In this document: positions 54,474 to 64,000 of the stretch, one piece after another
Numbering within the stretch: position 1 is the stretch's first letter
How the letters are laid out: every line of letters starts with the position of its first letter
Assembly (NCBI GenBank): GCA_033549025.1
Contig: JAWSUS010000004.1
Span: forward strand, 1 to 64,000
DNA length: 64,000 nucleotides
Reading direction: 5' to 3'
Source of the DNA: Desulfuromonadales bacterium
Lineage (GTDB): Bacteria > Desulfobacterota > Desulfuromonadia > Desulfuromonadales > SZUA-540
The notes under the pieces: model-generated
What the model was told of the DNA's origin: nothing
Seen by the model: only the letters and a program-made list of their open reading frames with translations
The model's database searches: none
Translations under genes and position numbers: made by a program

Positions 54474-54797
54474 TTATTTCCGACTGGACAGAAAGTCGAC
54501 CAGGGCTCTGAGGTCCTCCGCCGAGAGATGCGTCATGCCCGGCATGATGGAGTCGGGGTTGCGGGCTTTGGGATTGAGAAGCTGTTGCTCGATCTGGTCG
54601 GCCTCCAGGCGTCTGCCCACCCCGTCGAGGGCCGGTCCCCTGTTGCCGCCGCTCCCTTCCAGGCTGTGACACCCCTTGCATCCCTGGGCGTTGATGAGTC
54701 GGCGGGCGGTGCTCTCGTCAGCCCCGGCCAGGGTCGTCAGCAGGAGCAGGCTTACCAGCAGGGCGAATCCGCACTTTATGGGGGCGAAGTCTTTCAT
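54474..54797 (-). CDS. Monoheme class I cytochrome c
   Basis: Signal peptide, CKGCH, GPALDGVG and distal MP. Confidence 0.88.
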   Translation of the reverse strand: MKDFAPIKCGFALLVSLLLLTTLAGADESTARRLINAQGCKGCHSLEGSGGNRGPALDGVGRRLEADQIEQQLLNPKARNPDSIMPGMTHLSAEDLRALVDFLSSRK

Positions 54798-55019
54798 GAC
54801 AAATCCTCTCTGTACACGGAAGTCGTGGAAAAAGGCGGCGATCTGGTCAGGATACTCGACGATACCCGAATTGCAACAGGGCTTTGGCTGTCACTCTGAC
54901 AAAAAAGTTGAATTCTTTCCGGGGGGTGGCTAATCTAAGCCGTTGTCGCCACGGTTTTGTGTCAGAAAGGCGGAAAACCGTTTCAGGGGAAGAAGGCGCT
55001 TTGCCAAGGAGTCTGGATT

Positions 55020-56030
55020 ATGCTTATCGTCATGGACCACAATGCCACCGACCAACAGATCGACGCCGTCAAAAAAGCCATCGAGGCGATGGGCCTGCGG
55101 GCCGAACCCATTCCCGGCAGTCTGCGCACCGCGATCGGCGTGCTGGGAAACCAGGGTTATGTCGACGATACCTCCATCCGCGAACTTCCCGGCGTGCGCG
55201 AAACCATCCATGTCAGCAAACCATACAAGATGGTCTCCCGCGATTTTCATCCTGTTTCGACGGTCGTCAAGGTCGGCGACATCGCCATTGGCGATGGGCA
55301 TCCGCCCGTCATCATCGCCGGTCCCTGCTCCATCGAGACCGAAGAACAGATGCTGGCCGCCGCCCACCTGGTCAAAGCCGCCGGTGCCCACATCCTGCGC
55401 GGTGGGGCCTTCAAACCGCGTACCGGTCCTCACTCCTTTCAGGGGTTGGGCGTCGACGGACTCAAATATCTGCGCCAGGCGGGCGATGCGGCCGGACTGC
55501 CGGTCATCACCGAGGTCATGCGTATCGAGCAGCTTGAACCCGTCTGCCGCTATGCCGATGTTCTGCAGATCGGCGCCCGCAACATGCAGAACTTTGACCT
55601 GCTTAAAGAGGTCGGCAAGCTCAAATGTCCCGTGCTGCTCAAGCGCGGCATGAGCGCCACTCTGGAGGAGTTCCTCGCCGCCGCCGAGTACATCGTCGCC
55701 GAGGGGAACAATCAGGTCATCCTCTGCGAACGCGGCATCCGCACCTTTGAACGAGCCACCCGCAACACCCTGGACCTTTCCGTTGTCCCCCTCATCCGGG
55801 AGATGAGCCACCTGCCCATCATCGTCGATCCCAGCCATGCCACGGGCAAACGCTCGCTGGTGCCGGTCATGGGCAAGGCCGCGCTGGTGGCCGGCGCCCA
55901 CGGCCTGATGATCGAGGTGCATCCCGAACCGGAAAAAGCCCTGTGCGACGGCGCCCAGAGCCTCAACGGGCCGGGCTTCGGCCAATTGATGGAGGAAATC
56001 CGCCGCCTGCAGCAGTTCCTCGACGCCTAG
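55020..56030 (+). CDS. aroF: DAHP synthase (type I-beta with N-terminal regulatory domain)
   Basis: [38 protein letters not shown] and DPSH. Confidence 0.94.
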   Translation: MLIVMDHNATDQQIDAVKKAIEAMGLRAEPIPGSLRTAIGVLGNQGYVDDTSIRELPGVRETIHVSKPYKMVSRDFHPVSTVVKVGDIAIGDGHPPVIIAGPCSIETEEQMLAAAHLVKAAGAHILRGGAFKPRTGPHSFQGLGVDGLKYLRQAGDAAGLPVITEVMRIEQLEPVCRYADVLQIGARNMQNFDLLKEVGKLKCPVLLKRGMSATLEEFLAAAEYIVAEGNNQVILCERGIRTFERATRNTLDLSVVPLIREMSHLPIIVDPSHATGKRSLVPVMGKAALVAGAHGLMIEVHPEPEKALCDGAQSLNGPGFGQLMEEIRRLQQFLDA

Positions 56031-56890
56031 CCCTCGGCCTTGCCGGTCAGGTTAAAGAGGGTGATTTCCGGCCGGCAGAGAAAGCGGACGGGAAGCAGGC
56101 TGGTGCCGATGCCCCGATTGACATAAAGGGGTGTGGCGGTGGGGCCGACGCGGTAGAGGCCGCTGACGAAGCCACCCGTATAGCGGGGGAGGTAGAGGGG
56201 GGAGAAAAAAGGCAGACGAACCTGACCGCCGTGGGTGTGACCGCAGCAGATCAGGTCGATGCGGCCATCCAGTTTTTCATGGCTGAAGGCCGGCACATGG
56301 GAGAGGAGCAGATTCACCCGTTCAGGGTTCGCCTGTTCCTGAAGGGCCAGGAGGTCGCTTTCCCGCGACGGGTAGTCAAGTCCCAGCAGCGACAGTTCCA
56401 TCCCCCCGGCTTGCACATCCTCCCGCTGGTTGGTGAGCAGGGTGATGCCGATTTTTTTGAAATGTCGGCGCAGGGGCTCTCCTTCGATGCGCGCCCAGTA
56501 CTCCCAGTTCCCCTGCACGGCGAAGATGCCGGCCGACGCCCGCAGAAGTCTGAGAAACTCCAGCGCCGCCGGCAGGTTGCGGCTTTCCTCGATGTAGTCG
56601 CCGGTGAGCAGGATGATATCCGGCTGCAGTGCGTTGGCGACCTCGGCTACCCGGCGGAAATAGGGGCGGAACTGGCCGATGTGAGTGTCGGAGAGTTGAA
56701 CGACCCGCACCTGCGTGCCGGCGGGCGCCTTGGACAGGGGGGTGTCCAGCCGCTCGATCTGCAGGGCCGTCGGTTCGCGCAGAAAGGCGTTGCCCAGGGC
56801 TGCTCCTCCCAGGCCCAGGCCTGTCCACTGCAAAAACCGTCGCCGGGACAGCCCCCTTGACGGACTTTTAGGTGTTTTTTCTTTCTTCAC
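56027..56890 (-). CDS. Tat-exported calcineurin-like metallophosphoesterase (YkuE-like)
   Basis: SRRRFL twin-arginine signal; SDTH, TGD, GNWE, SHVP and GHTHGGQ. Confidence 0.88.
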   Translation of the reverse strand: MKKEKTPKSPSRGLSRRRFLQWTGLGLGGAALGNAFLREPTALQIERLDTPLSKAPAGTQVRVVQLSDTHIGQFRPYFRRVAEVANALQPDIILLTGDYIEESRNLPAALEFLRLLRASAGIFAVQGNWEYWARIEGEPLRRHFKKIGITLLTNQREDVQAGGMELSLLGLDYPSRESDLLALQEQANPERVNLLLSHVPAFSHEKLDGRIDLICCGHTHGGQVRLPFFSPLYLPRYTGGFVSGLYRVGPTATPLYVNRGIGTSLLPVRFLCRPEITLFNLTGKAEG

Positions 56891-57083
56891 GCTCTCTCCC
56901 CAGCAGATCGGATTTCATGGGAATGACGGTGGCCGCCAGCGATGAGGGCACAGTATAATCCACCTGCCGGCCGATGACCAGCGCCACCCCCTGTCTTGCC
57001 CCTGCCGGTGGCCTGATATATAGTTTAACCCTGTTTGGATTAATTTTGACAGACAACCCCGTTTGAGCAAGGGAGAGAAGACC

Positions 57084-58286
57084 ATGAGTCAAGGACGAGA
57101 GATCTGCCCGGGCGTCTACTGGACCGGCGTGAAAAATCCTGACCTGCAGGTGTTCGACGAACTTTTTCCCACCCGTCAGGGAACGACGTACAACGCCTAC
57201 CTGGTCAAGGGCAAGGACAAAACCGCCCTGATCGATACGGTGAAGGAAGAGTTTTCAAAAGAATATTTCACCATTCTTGCCGACATCATTGCCACGGAAA
57301 AGATCGACCTGGTGGTGGTCAACCACACCGAGCCCGATCATACCGGCGCGCTGGAAGAGCTGGTGCAACGGCATCCCGAGATCGAGATCTACTGCACCCG
57401 CGCCGCCGACAATTTTCTCAAGCAGCTCATCGATATTCCCCTCAAGACCCATGTGGTGGCCGAGGGGGACGAGATCGATCTGGGCGGGCGTACGCTGCGC
57501 TTCATTCTCGCCCCGAATCTGCACTGGCCCGACACCATGTTCACCTATCTGCCCGAGGAGGAAATCCTCTTCAGCTGCGATGCCTTTGGCGCCCATTTCT
57601 GTGGCGACGGTCTCTACGACGATCAGGTCGGGGATTTCTCGGAAGAATACCGCTTCTACTTCGATACCATCATGCGCCCCTTCAAGGAGAAGATCCGCGA
57701 GGCGGTCAGCAAGGTGGCTTCCCTGCCCATACGCCTGGTCTGCCCGTCCCACGGACCCCTGCGCCGCCAGGGAGCCAAAGAGTCTATCGACGGTTACGCC
57801 CGCATGGCGGCCCCCCCGGCAGACGAGGGCCTGCGCGCGCTGACCCTGACCCTGTCTCCCCACGGCAATACCCGCACCATGGCCGCCGCGGTACGTCGGG
57901 GTCTGGAAGAGTTCGGGGTCAAGGTGGTGGAGTTGGCCCTCTATGAGGCCGAGGAGGGCGAAATCCGCGATGAACTGGAGCAGGCCGACGCCCTGCTGAT
58001 GGCGACGCCGACCATCAATCGCGATGCACCGCCGCCGGTGTGGAAGGCCCTCTCCCTGCTTTCCACCGTAACCCCAAGGGGGAAGATCGCCGGTGTCTTT
58101 GGTTCCTACGGCTGGAGCGGCGAGGCGGTCAAGTTGGTGGAGGATCGTCTGGCCGGTCTTAAATACACGCTACCCGAAGAGGGGATTCACTTCCGCTTCA
58201 AGCCGACGGAGGCCGACGTGCAGGCCTGTCAGGAGTTCGGCCGCAAAATCGGGCGCTATCTGGCCGAACACCATAAGGCTGGTTGA
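57084..58286 (+). CDS. fprA: Flavodiiron protein (class A, O2/NO reductase)
   Basis: GTTYNAYL, NHTEPDH, HWPD, SCDAFGAH, PSHG; flavodoxin domain FGSYGWSGEA. Confidence 0.93.
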   Translation: MSQGREICPGVYWTGVKNPDLQVFDELFPTRQGTTYNAYLVKGKDKTALIDTVKEEFSKEYFTILADIIATEKIDLVVVNHTEPDHTGALEELVQRHPEIEIYCTRAADNFLKQLIDIPLKTHVVAEGDEIDLGGRTLRFILAPNLHWPDTMFTYLPEEEILFSCDAFGAHFCGDGLYDDQVGDFSEEYRFYFDTIMRPFKEKIREAVSKVASLPIRLVCPSHGPLRRQGAKESIDGYARMAAPPADEGLRALTLTLSPHGNTRTMAAAVRRGLEEFGVKVVELALYEAEEGEIRDELEQADALLMATPTINRDAPPPVWKALSLLSTVTPRGKIAGVFGSYGWSGEAVKLVEDRLAGLKYTLPEEGIHFRFKPTEADVQACQEFGRKIGRYLAEHHKAG

Positions 58287-58386
58287 GGCTGACGCCATGT
58301 TGCCCATGCCATGCCCCGACGGAGGACTCTCCTTCGCCGGGGTTTCTGTGTCCATCTCATTGTGATTAAAGGAAAGGTGACTCGTT

Positions 58387-59727
58387 TTGCTCTCTCACAT
58401 CATGTCCACCGTCAATGGATTTGTCTGGGGCCCGGTGATGCTGGCTTTTCTGGTCGGCACCGGCGTCTATCTGAGTTTTCGTCTCGGGTTTCTGCAGTTC
58501 CGTCAGTTGCCGCGGGCACTGCGACTGGTTTTCATAAAGCCGGACGGCGAGGCCCTTGAAGGGGACATCTCGCCCTTTCAGGCGCTGACCACCGCCCTGT
58601 CGGCGACTATCGGCACCGGCAATATCGCCGGTGTGGCCACCGCCATTTTTCTCGGTGGGCCAGGCGCCATCTTCTGGATGTGGGTCTGCGCTCTGTTCGG
58701 TATGGCCACCAAGTACGCCGAGGCGGTGCTGGCCGTCAAATATCGCGAGCATCTGCCCGACGGCACCATGCAGGGCGGCCCCATGCGCTATATTGCCGAA
58801 GGGTTGGGCCTCAAATGGCTCGGCTGGATTTTTGCTCTTTTCGGCAGCATCGCCGCCTTCGGCATCGGCAGCATGGTGCAGTCGAATTCGGTGGCCCTGG
58901 CCCTTGAAGACGCCTGGGGGGTCTCGCCCCTGGCCAGCGGCATTGTCCTGGCTGTGCTGACCGGTATCGTCATCATCGGCGGCATCCGCCGCATCGGCAA
59001 GGTGACCGAAAAGCTGGTGCCGATCATGGGCGTTTTCTACGTGGCCGGCGCTCTGCTTATCCTCGTTCTCAATGCCGACAAGGTTCCCGGCGCCTTCGCC
59101 CTGATATTCAGTCACGCCTTCGCCCCGGCCTCGGCGGCGGGAGGTTTTGCCGGGGCCGCCGTCTCCGCCGCCATCCGCTTCGGCGTGGCCCGGGGGGTCT
59201 TCTCCAACGAGGCGGGCCTGGGCAGCGCCCCCATCGCCCATGCCGCCGCCAGGACCAAAAGCCCGGTGCGTCAGGGGCTCATCGCCATGACGGGGGTCTT
59301 TTTCGACACCATCATCGTCTGTTCCATGACGGCCCTGGTCATTCTGTCCACGGGCGTGTGGACTAGTGGCGCCACCTCCAGTGCCCTGACTCAGGCGGCC
59401 TTCAACGCCGGTATGCCCGGCCCCGGCGGGCTCATCGTCACCATTGGCATCGCCGTCTTCGCCTATTCAACCATGATCGGTTGGGCCTACTACGGTGAAG
59501 AGTGCATCGAATATCTCTTCGGCATGAAGGCTCGCACCCCCTACCGCTACATCTTCTGTCTGGTTATCGCCATCGGCGCCGTGCAGAAGGTCGGCTTTGT
59601 CTGGGATTTCAGCGACACCATGAATGGCGCGATGGCCATCCCCAACCTCATCGGCCTGATCGGCCTCTCCGGGGTGGTGGTAAAGGTGACCCGTGAGGCC
59701 CTGAGCGAACCGGAGAAATACCTCTGA
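58387..59727 (+). CDS. Alanine/glycine:cation symporter (AGCS/AlsT family)
   Basis: TIGTGNIAGVA, GGPGAIFWMW, GGPM, RGVFSNEAGLGSAP and MAIPNLI. Confidence 0.93.
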   Translation: MLSHIMSTVNGFVWGPVMLAFLVGTGVYLSFRLGFLQFRQLPRALRLVFIKPDGEALEGDISPFQALTTALSATIGTGNIAGVATAIFLGGPGAIFWMWVCALFGMATKYAEAVLAVKYREHLPDGTMQGGPMRYIAEGLGLKWLGWIFALFGSIAAFGIGSMVQSNSVALALEDAWGVSPLASGIVLAVLTGIVIIGGIRRIGKVTEKLVPIMGVFYVAGALLILVLNADKVPGAFALIFSHAFAPASAAGGFAGAAVSAAIRFGVARGVFSNEAGLGSAPIAHAAARTKSPVRQGLIAMTGVFFDTIIVCSMTALVILSTGVWTSGATSSALTQAAFNAGMPGPGGLIVTIGIAVFAYSTMIGWAYYGEECIEYLFGMKARTPYRYIFCLVIAIGAVQKVGFVWDFSDTMNGAMAIPNLIGLIGLSGVVVKVTREALSEPEKYL

Positions 59728-59774
59728 TCACCAAGGATGACAAAGGGGCGGCTTGCCTGATTGCCACCGTCGCC

Positions 59775-61940
59775 GTGGCTGCCCCTCTCGATAAGACGCT
59801 CGCCTATCGGGTACCGGCGGCCCTGGTCTCTGCGGCCCGGGTCGGCTTGCGGGTGCGGGTGCCGCTGGGGAGGCGGCAGGCCACCGGTTATCTGCTCGAG
59901 GTAAGGGAAGGGGAGGGCGAGAGTCTCAAAGAGGTCGCCGAGATCCTCGACCGCGAGCCCCTTTTCAGCCAGGAGTTGGCGGCCTTTTACCTGCGCGCGG
60001 CGGACTACTACCTCTACCCGCCGGGCGAGGCCGTGCGCACGGCGCTGCCCGCCGGACTGTCCGGACGTGGGGCCGATGTGGCGGTGCTGCGCGAGCGCGT
60101 CTATTTTCCTCTCGAACAGGAGGGGCAGCCTTCGGGGGGGCGCCAGCGGGAGATTTTCGCTTACGTTCGCCTCCAGGGTCGGGCCACCCTGACGGACATT
60201 CGGGGGCAGTTTCCTTCCCCCTATGCACCCTTGGCCCGCCTGGTCGAGTTGGGCTTTGTCCGGGAAGACGAGGTGGAGAAGGTGCGCGACCCTTTCTTCG
60301 CCGCCCCTGTGCCCGCCGACGTGCCCGTGGAACCCTCACCTGATCAAGCCGAAGCCCTGCGGGCCATCGAGAGCGCCCTGGAGACCGGCGGCTTCGCGCC
60401 CTTTCTGCTGCACGGCGTCACCGGCAGCGGCAAAACAGAAGTCTATCTGCGGGCCATCGCCCGGGCTGTGGCACTCGGCCGCACGGCCTTGGTGCTGGTG
60501 CCGGAAATCGCTTTGACTCCCCAGCTGGTCGGCCGCTTTCGGGCCCGTTTCCGCGACGGCGGACCGGCCATTGCCGTGCTGCACAGCGGCTTGTCCGACG
60601 GCGAACGCTACGATGCCTGGCGGGCCATTGCCCGTGGTGAAGTGTCTATCGTCATCGGCGCCCGCTCGGCCCTCTTCGCTCCCCTGGCCGACCTCGGCAT
60701 CATCGTGGTGGACGAGGAACACGAGGCCAGCTACAAACAGGGGGAGGGGTTTCGCTACAACGCCCGCGATCTCGCTCTCATGCGGGCCCAGATGAGCCAG
60801 GCGACCATCGTGCTGGGCAGCGCCACCCCGGCGGTCACCACCTGTCACCGGGCTCTGGACGGTCAGATGGGGTATCTGCGTCTGACGGGACGGGTTTCGG
60901 ATCGCTCGCTGCCGGCCGTCGAGCTGGTGGACATGCGGGGCGAAGCCCTGACCGGCGCCCTCTCGCCGTCCCTGACTGGCGCCCTCGAAGTCAATCTGGA
61001 GAAGGGGGAGCAGTCCCTGCTGTTGCTGAACCGCCGCGGGTTTTCCCCCTACCTGCTCTGCGCTGATTGCGGCGCCACCTTCCGTTGCCCCAACTGCGAA
61101 ATCACCCTCACCTATCACCAGGGCGCCCGCCAGCTGCGCTGCCACTATTGCGACTACCACCTGACGCCACCCGACCTCTGCCCCTCCTGCCGGGGCGGTT
61201 CCATCCTGCCCGAGGGGACAGGTACCGAGCGGCTGGAAGAGGAGTTGCGCGGCCTTTTTCCGAAGGCCCGCATTGCCCGCATGGATCGGGATACCATGGG
61301 GCGCAAGGGAGCCCATGGGCAGCTGGTGTCCCGCATGGAGGCGGGCGAAGTCGATATCCTGGTCGGCACCCAGATGATCGCCAAGGGGCTCGATTTTCCC
61401 GGGGTGACCCTGGTCGGGGTCGTCAATGCCGATTCTACCCTCAATTTTCCCGACTTTCGCTGTGCCGAGCGCACCTTTTCCCTGCTCACCCAGGTGGCGG
61501 GCCGGGCCGGGCGGGGGGAGAAGGCGGGGCGCGTTCTCATCCAGACCTATTCCCCCGAGCACTATGCCCTGACCTGCGCCGCCAACCACGATTATGGCGA
61601 CTTTTACCAGCAGGAAATCGGTTTTCGCCAGGAGCTGGGCTACCCCCCTTTCGGCTATCTGGCCAACCTGGTTCTCGCCGGCAACGAGGCGGGAAAAGTG
61701 CAGAGCGCGGCGGATACCCTGGCCCAGACTCTGGCCGAAACGGCCGGCCCGGTCGAGGTCCTCGGTCCGGCTCCCTGCCCGCTGTCCCGTCTGCGTGGCA
61801 AAACCCGCGTTCAGATTCTGCTCAAATCCCCCCAACGCCCCCCGCTGCGCCGCCTTCTGCACCGGCTCGCCGTTATGCGGCATAAAGTCGGGGCGGGCGT
61901 CCTTCTCTCCATTGATGTCGATCCTCTCGACATGCTGTGA
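59775..61940 (+). CDS. priA: Primosomal protein N' (true start probably upstream of this GTG)
   Basis: HGVTGSGKTEVY, PEIALTPQ, GARSA, DEEH, GSATP, four CxxC, GTQMIAKG, QVAGRAGR and C-terminal DVDP. Confidence 0.96.
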   Translation: MAAPLDKTLAYRVPAALVSAARVGLRVRVPLGRRQATGYLLEVREGEGESLKEVAEILDREPLFSQELAAFYLRAADYYLYPPGEAVRTALPAGLSGRGADVAVLRERVYFPLEQEGQPSGGRQREIFAYVRLQGRATLTDIRGQFPSPYAPLARLVELGFVREDEVEKVRDPFFAAPVPADVPVEPSPDQAEALRAIESALETGGFAPFLLHGVTGSGKTEVYLRAIARAVALGRTALVLVPEIALTPQLVGRFRARFRDGGPAIAVLHSGLSDGERYDAWRAIARGEVSIVIGARSALFAPLADLGIIVVDEEHEASYKQGEGFRYNARDLALMRAQMSQATIVLGSATPAVTTCHRALDGQMGYLRLTGRVSDRSLPAVELVDMRGEALTGALSPSLTGALEVNLEKGEQSLLLLNRRGFSPYLLCADCGATFRCPNCEITLTYHQGARQLRCHYCDYHLTPPDLCPSCRGGSILPEGTGTERLEEELRGLFPKARIARMDRDTMGRKGAHGQLVSRMEAGEVDILVGTQMIAKGLDFPGVTLVGVVNADSTLNFPDFRCAERTFSLLTQVAGRAGRGEKAGRVLIQTYSPEHYALTCAANHDYGDFYQQEIGFRQELGYPPFGYLANLVLAGNEAGKVQSAADTLAQTLAETAGPVEVLGPAPCPLSRLRGKTRVQILLKSPQRPPLRRLLHRLAVMRHKVGAGVLLSIDVDPLDML

Positions 61941-61988
61941 TTAAAAAATAGCCAGCACGCCTATCCTTCCGGGCCTCGAACTTTTTTC

Positions 61989-62005
61989 TGCGCAATCATT
62001 GTGCA
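61989..62005. promoter_or_regulatory. NtrC-type enhancer site upstream of gdhA
   Basis: TGCGCAATCATTGTGCA resembles the TGCACCA-N3-TGGTGCA palindrome; lies about 145 bp upstream of a -24 box. Confidence 0.6.
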
Positions 62006-62147
62006 GACAGCGGCCGTCCTTGAGTAATCGCTGAGCAACTCATGTACTCAGTGGTTAAGATGAAGGCAGATTGGTCTTGGCTAAGACAAGGAGAATTTTC
62101 CTTTTTGATTAATATGTTAGCAGTAATTTTATAATAAAAGGGCTTTG

Positions 62148-62163
62148 TGGCACGGATCGTGGA
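62148..62163 (+). promoter_or_regulatory. Putative sigma54 (-24/-12) promoter of gdhA
   Basis: TGGCACG-GATC-GTGGA: perfect -24, with -12 GG instead of GC. Confidence 0.55.
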
Positions 62164-62172
62164 TTAGATTGA

Positions 62173-63594
<1,422 letters not shown>

Positions 63595-63626
63595 AAGCAC
63601 CAATCAATCTATATACCGCACCTTCG

Positions 63627-63656
63627 AGGGCCCGGCTTGCCGGGCCCTTTTTTTTT
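63627..63656 (+). terminator. Intrinsic terminator of gdhA
   Basis: AGGGCCCGG-CTTG-CCGGGCCCT stem followed by a long T tract. Confidence 0.9.
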
Positions 63657-63910
63657 GGGTCAGGCATGGCGCGTAGCGCCTTGACTGATACTGCTCTAGC
63701 TTTTGCGATAACGCAGATGACAAATGTTGGCTCGGGGGGTTGTTAAATGACGGCAATAGGTAGCAGGATTTGCCCTTCAACGGAGGGAATTTCTCGTTTC
63801 AAGACAAAAAAATCTTTTTTATAACCCTCGCATGTGACCCCCATGGCAGCGCTGTTATCAGGAGTTATCCCAAAATAGAGTCACGTTTTCCTGCCAGGAT
63901 TGGTGCAGGT

Positions 63911-63926
63911 TGGAACGCTTTGTGCT
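63911..63926 (+). promoter_or_regulatory. Sigma54 (-24/-12) promoter upstream of the riboswitch
   Basis: TGGAACG-CTTT-GTGCT matches TGGCACG-N4-TTGCW with the GG and GC correctly spaced. Confidence 0.6.
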
Positions 63927-63947
63927 CAGGTGGAGATTCCGTTTTAA

Positions 63948-64000
63948 AATTCTCCGAACGGGCAAAGCCAGAGTGATCTGGTGACGCAAAGCTACGGGTC
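63948..64000 (+). ncRNA. Cyclic di-GMP-I (GEMM-I) riboswitch, 5' part, cut by the window end
   Basis: CGGGCAAA-GCCAGA-GTGA-TCTGGT-GACGCAAAGCTACGGGTC: conserved GGCAAA and GACGCAAAG motifs, a GNRA-capped P2 stem and the start of P3. Confidence 0.88.

Noticed and set aside
54798..55019. Attenuator or T-box leader before aroF
   Set aside because: Short hairpins and a TGTCACTCTGACA palindrome are present, but no aromatic-rich leader peptide or T-box motif.
58287..58386. Possible glycine riboswitch before the alanine/glycine symporter
   Set aside because: It lacks the GGAGA / CCGAAG / CTCTCAGG core and is too short. The hairpin near 58314-58345 is better read as an fprA terminator.
63770..63976. 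68-aa ORF downstream of gdhA
   Set aside because: TTG start, atypical codon use, and it overlaps the sigma54 promoter and riboswitch; likely non-coding regulatory DNA.

Overview
High-GC window of mostly core chromosome from a Desulfuromonadales/Geobacteraceae-like deltaproteobacterium. The assignment is inferred from the c7/PpcA-type cytochrome, the recA-pilT-recX-alaS order, DapL and a GEMM-I riboswitch. Left to right it holds: a MshEN-repeat PilB/GspE-like gene with no ATPase domain; a P-type ATPase; a diheme cytochrome c peroxidase converging on a lipoprotein-tethered triheme c7; yegP; a long minus-strand block hslVU-argBDF-(Zn-ribbon/RDD)-argG-(Nudix)-(cryptic nitrilase fold)-argH-(FN3 lipoprotein)-dapA-dapB-dapL; a second block plsC-rnj-uppP-ftsK-larB-larC-pgpA-cinA-HK-thpR-recA-pilT-recX-alaS-cupin-REC/HK; ssb; a HEAT/HD-GYP/HEAT cluster; fadD, coaE, iclR, usp, an SSS transporter, truD, trmB, aroF, a Tat metallophosphoesterase, fprA, an alanine symporter, priA and gdhA; and, at the right edge, a sigma54 promoter feeding a c-di-GMP-I riboswitch. 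I saw no tRNA, rRNA, CRISPR array, transposase or integrase. Best candidates for undescribed biology: (1) an RxxQ-type HD-GYP (possible cGAMP phosphodiesterase) sharing an unnamed N-terminal domain with its neighbouring HEAT protein; (2) a divergent Glu-Lys-Cys nitrilase-fold enzyme paired with a Nudix gene inside the arginine operon; (3) a membrane-tethered PpcA-type cytochrome on a long acidic stalk; (4) a REC-HisKA protein with a degenerate H-box, possibly phosphatase-only; (5) priA lacking a canonical start codon for its conserved N-terminus. All calls come from reading motifs by eye; no searches were run.
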